From NCBI RefSeq assembly GCF_030144855.1, contig NC_082731.1, positions 20,522,001-20,586,000 of the forward strand: a stretch of DNA of 64,000 nt. Reading direction: 5' to 3'. This DNA comes from Hypanus sabinus (taxonomy: Eukaryota). Of this stretch, positions 62,346 to 64,000 are shown in pieces (positions within the stretch are counted from its first letter, which is position 1; the number at the start of each line of letters is the position of its first letter). Position numbers and translations under genes: made by a program. The notes beneath the pieces are model-generated. The model did not search any database. It was given only the letters and a program-made list of their open reading frames with translations, and was not told the origin of the DNA.

Positions 62346-64000
62346 TGTAATGGCTCCGGTTGACTGTTCCCCCTTAACGCTTCTTTCTACCTGATTATGC
62401 CCTAATTTGCGTCATTAGATCTCCATTTGCTGCTAGTTTACTCAATTATAGTACAACTGGTTTCCGGCAGAGACTGGATATAAATACGATGGCGTCACTA
62501 ACACAGGTTTCCAGTTTATTGGTCTATTCCCGTGTGATAACTTCGCCCCCAGACTGCTTAGAACCGTTTTTTTCATTTTCAGCTCCAGTTTCAAGATATT
62601 CCATGAAAATCCCATCTCCACGTCTAGATTCCTCCCGTTTGCTGCTCCGCGTTCACCTCTGCGCCCGCATCCTCAGCTCAGTCTCCGTGTCTGTGTCCTG
62701 CACTTGGGTTCTGCTCAGTTTCTCCATGCAACAGAACAAACGGTCCCAGCGTTCGGGCTCTGATCAGAAACTACATCCCTATGTCGCCTTCTCTCGCCGA
62801 CTATCTCCCGCTGAACGAAAGTAAGACGTGGGGAACCGGGAGCTACTAGCGGTTAAACTGTCGTTGGAAGAATGGAGTCACTGGCTGGAGGGGGCGGAAC
62901 CCGTTCACCGTCTGGACAGATCATCAGAACCTTGAACATATCCGGACCTCCAAACGCCTTAATTCCCACCAGGCTCGTTGGGTATTGTTCCTTGGCCGGT
63001 TCAGGTTCACCCTCACCTATCGGCTGGGGTCCAAGAACGGAAAGCCCGATGCTCTGTCCCGTCAATACGTTTCCGAGGAGGACATTCCCAACCCCGAGAC
63101 TATCCTTCCACCATCCTGTGTAGTGGCTGCCCTCACCTGGGAGGTCGAGTCCAGAGTAAAAGAGGATCAACGGACTCAACCTGACCCAGTCATCGGGCCT
63201 CCCAGTTGCCTTTGTACCGGATTCTTTTCGATCGCAGGTTCTCCACTGGGGGCACACTCCTCGTTTCGCCTGCCATCCCGGAATCGATCGGACCCCGACC
63301 CTCCTGAAGAAACGTATCTAGTGGCCCTCCATGGACGCTGACACCCGTTCCTATGTCTCTGCATACTCCGTCTGCGCCCGTGGAAAGGCCTCCCATCGGC
63401 AACCTGCGGGTTTATTCGTCCCCTACCTGTCCCTGATTGTCCCTGGTCCCACATTGATCTAGATTCCGTCACCGGTCTACCCCTTCACATTGAAACACTG
63501 CCATACTCACTGGTGGGCCGTTTCTCCAAGTCAGTACATTTTGTGACCCTCCCGAAACTGCCTTCCGTGCAGGAGACAGCAGACCTTCTCGTCAACCTTG
63601 TTTTCCGACTTCGCGCAATCCTTTTGGATATTATCTCCGACCGGTGAACTCAATTCATTTTGCAAGATTGGAGATCCTTTTGTCGAGCCCTGGTGTCTCA
63701 GTTAGCCTGTCATCCGGGTTTCACCCTCAGACGAACGGGAAAACGGAGCGGGTTAACCAATAGTTGGAGGCTGCGTTCCGTTGTATTACAACCACCAACC
63801 CATCTACCTGGAGCAACCATCGTGCATGGATAGAATACGCCCACAACTCTCTGGTCAGCACCGCTACCGGGAAATCTCCTTTTGAATGCTCTCTTGGGTA
63901 TCAACCCCCGCTGTTTCCCGACCAGGAAGAGGAGGCTACGGTGCCGTCAGTCCAGGCCCATATATACACGTGCCGAAAAGTCCTGGAAGACACACGCCCG
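62346..64000 (+). mobile_element. Ty3/gypsy LTR retrotransposon, internally deleted, continuing beyond the window
   Basis: A putative LTR runs TG...ACA at 62346-62733 with a TATAAATA. It is followed by RNase H ([43 protein letters not shown]; [13 protein letters not shown]; [10 protein letters not shown]) and integrase ([14 protein letters not shown]; IISDR..QF). Confidence 0.8.

Noticed and set aside
1-64000. CRISPR arrays, rRNA or tRNA genes, prokaryotic systems
   Set aside because: None were seen. The repeats are vertebrate microsatellites, transposons and segmental duplications.

Overview
This is vertebrate genomic DNA containing part of a tandem array of antigen-receptor variable gene segments. 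The CR1-LINE 3' tails suggest a cartilaginous fish, probably a ray, but that is inference. The segments look like TCR alpha/delta V genes: a 46-nt leader exon, a GT-AG intron of about 85 nt, a V exon and a 23-bp-spacer recombination signal sequence (RSS), all on the + strand. Three V segments are intact (25401-25833, 35260-35692, 53418-53853). About ten more are pseudogenes or remnants, in at least three subfamilies. No convincing D, J or C segment is present. The array grew by duplication of multi-kb units and carries a full-length antisense L1 with a 15-bp target-site duplication (TSD), a truncated Tc1 transposon, CR1 fragments, retroviral protease and integrase remnants, a local inversion and a deleted Ty3/gypsy element. 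The most interesting signal is a repeated non-coding layout around the V segments. About 130 nt upstream of the ATG sits an inverted pair of CCAAT boxes spaced 30-31 nt apart. Downstream, a co-oriented CTCF-like motif lies 20-24 nt after the RSS nonamer in most copies, followed by an E-box. This resembles the RSS-adjacent CTCF elements that guide RAG scanning in mouse Igh. The V family also has a conserved third cysteine. All coordinates were read by eye and no database searches were run.
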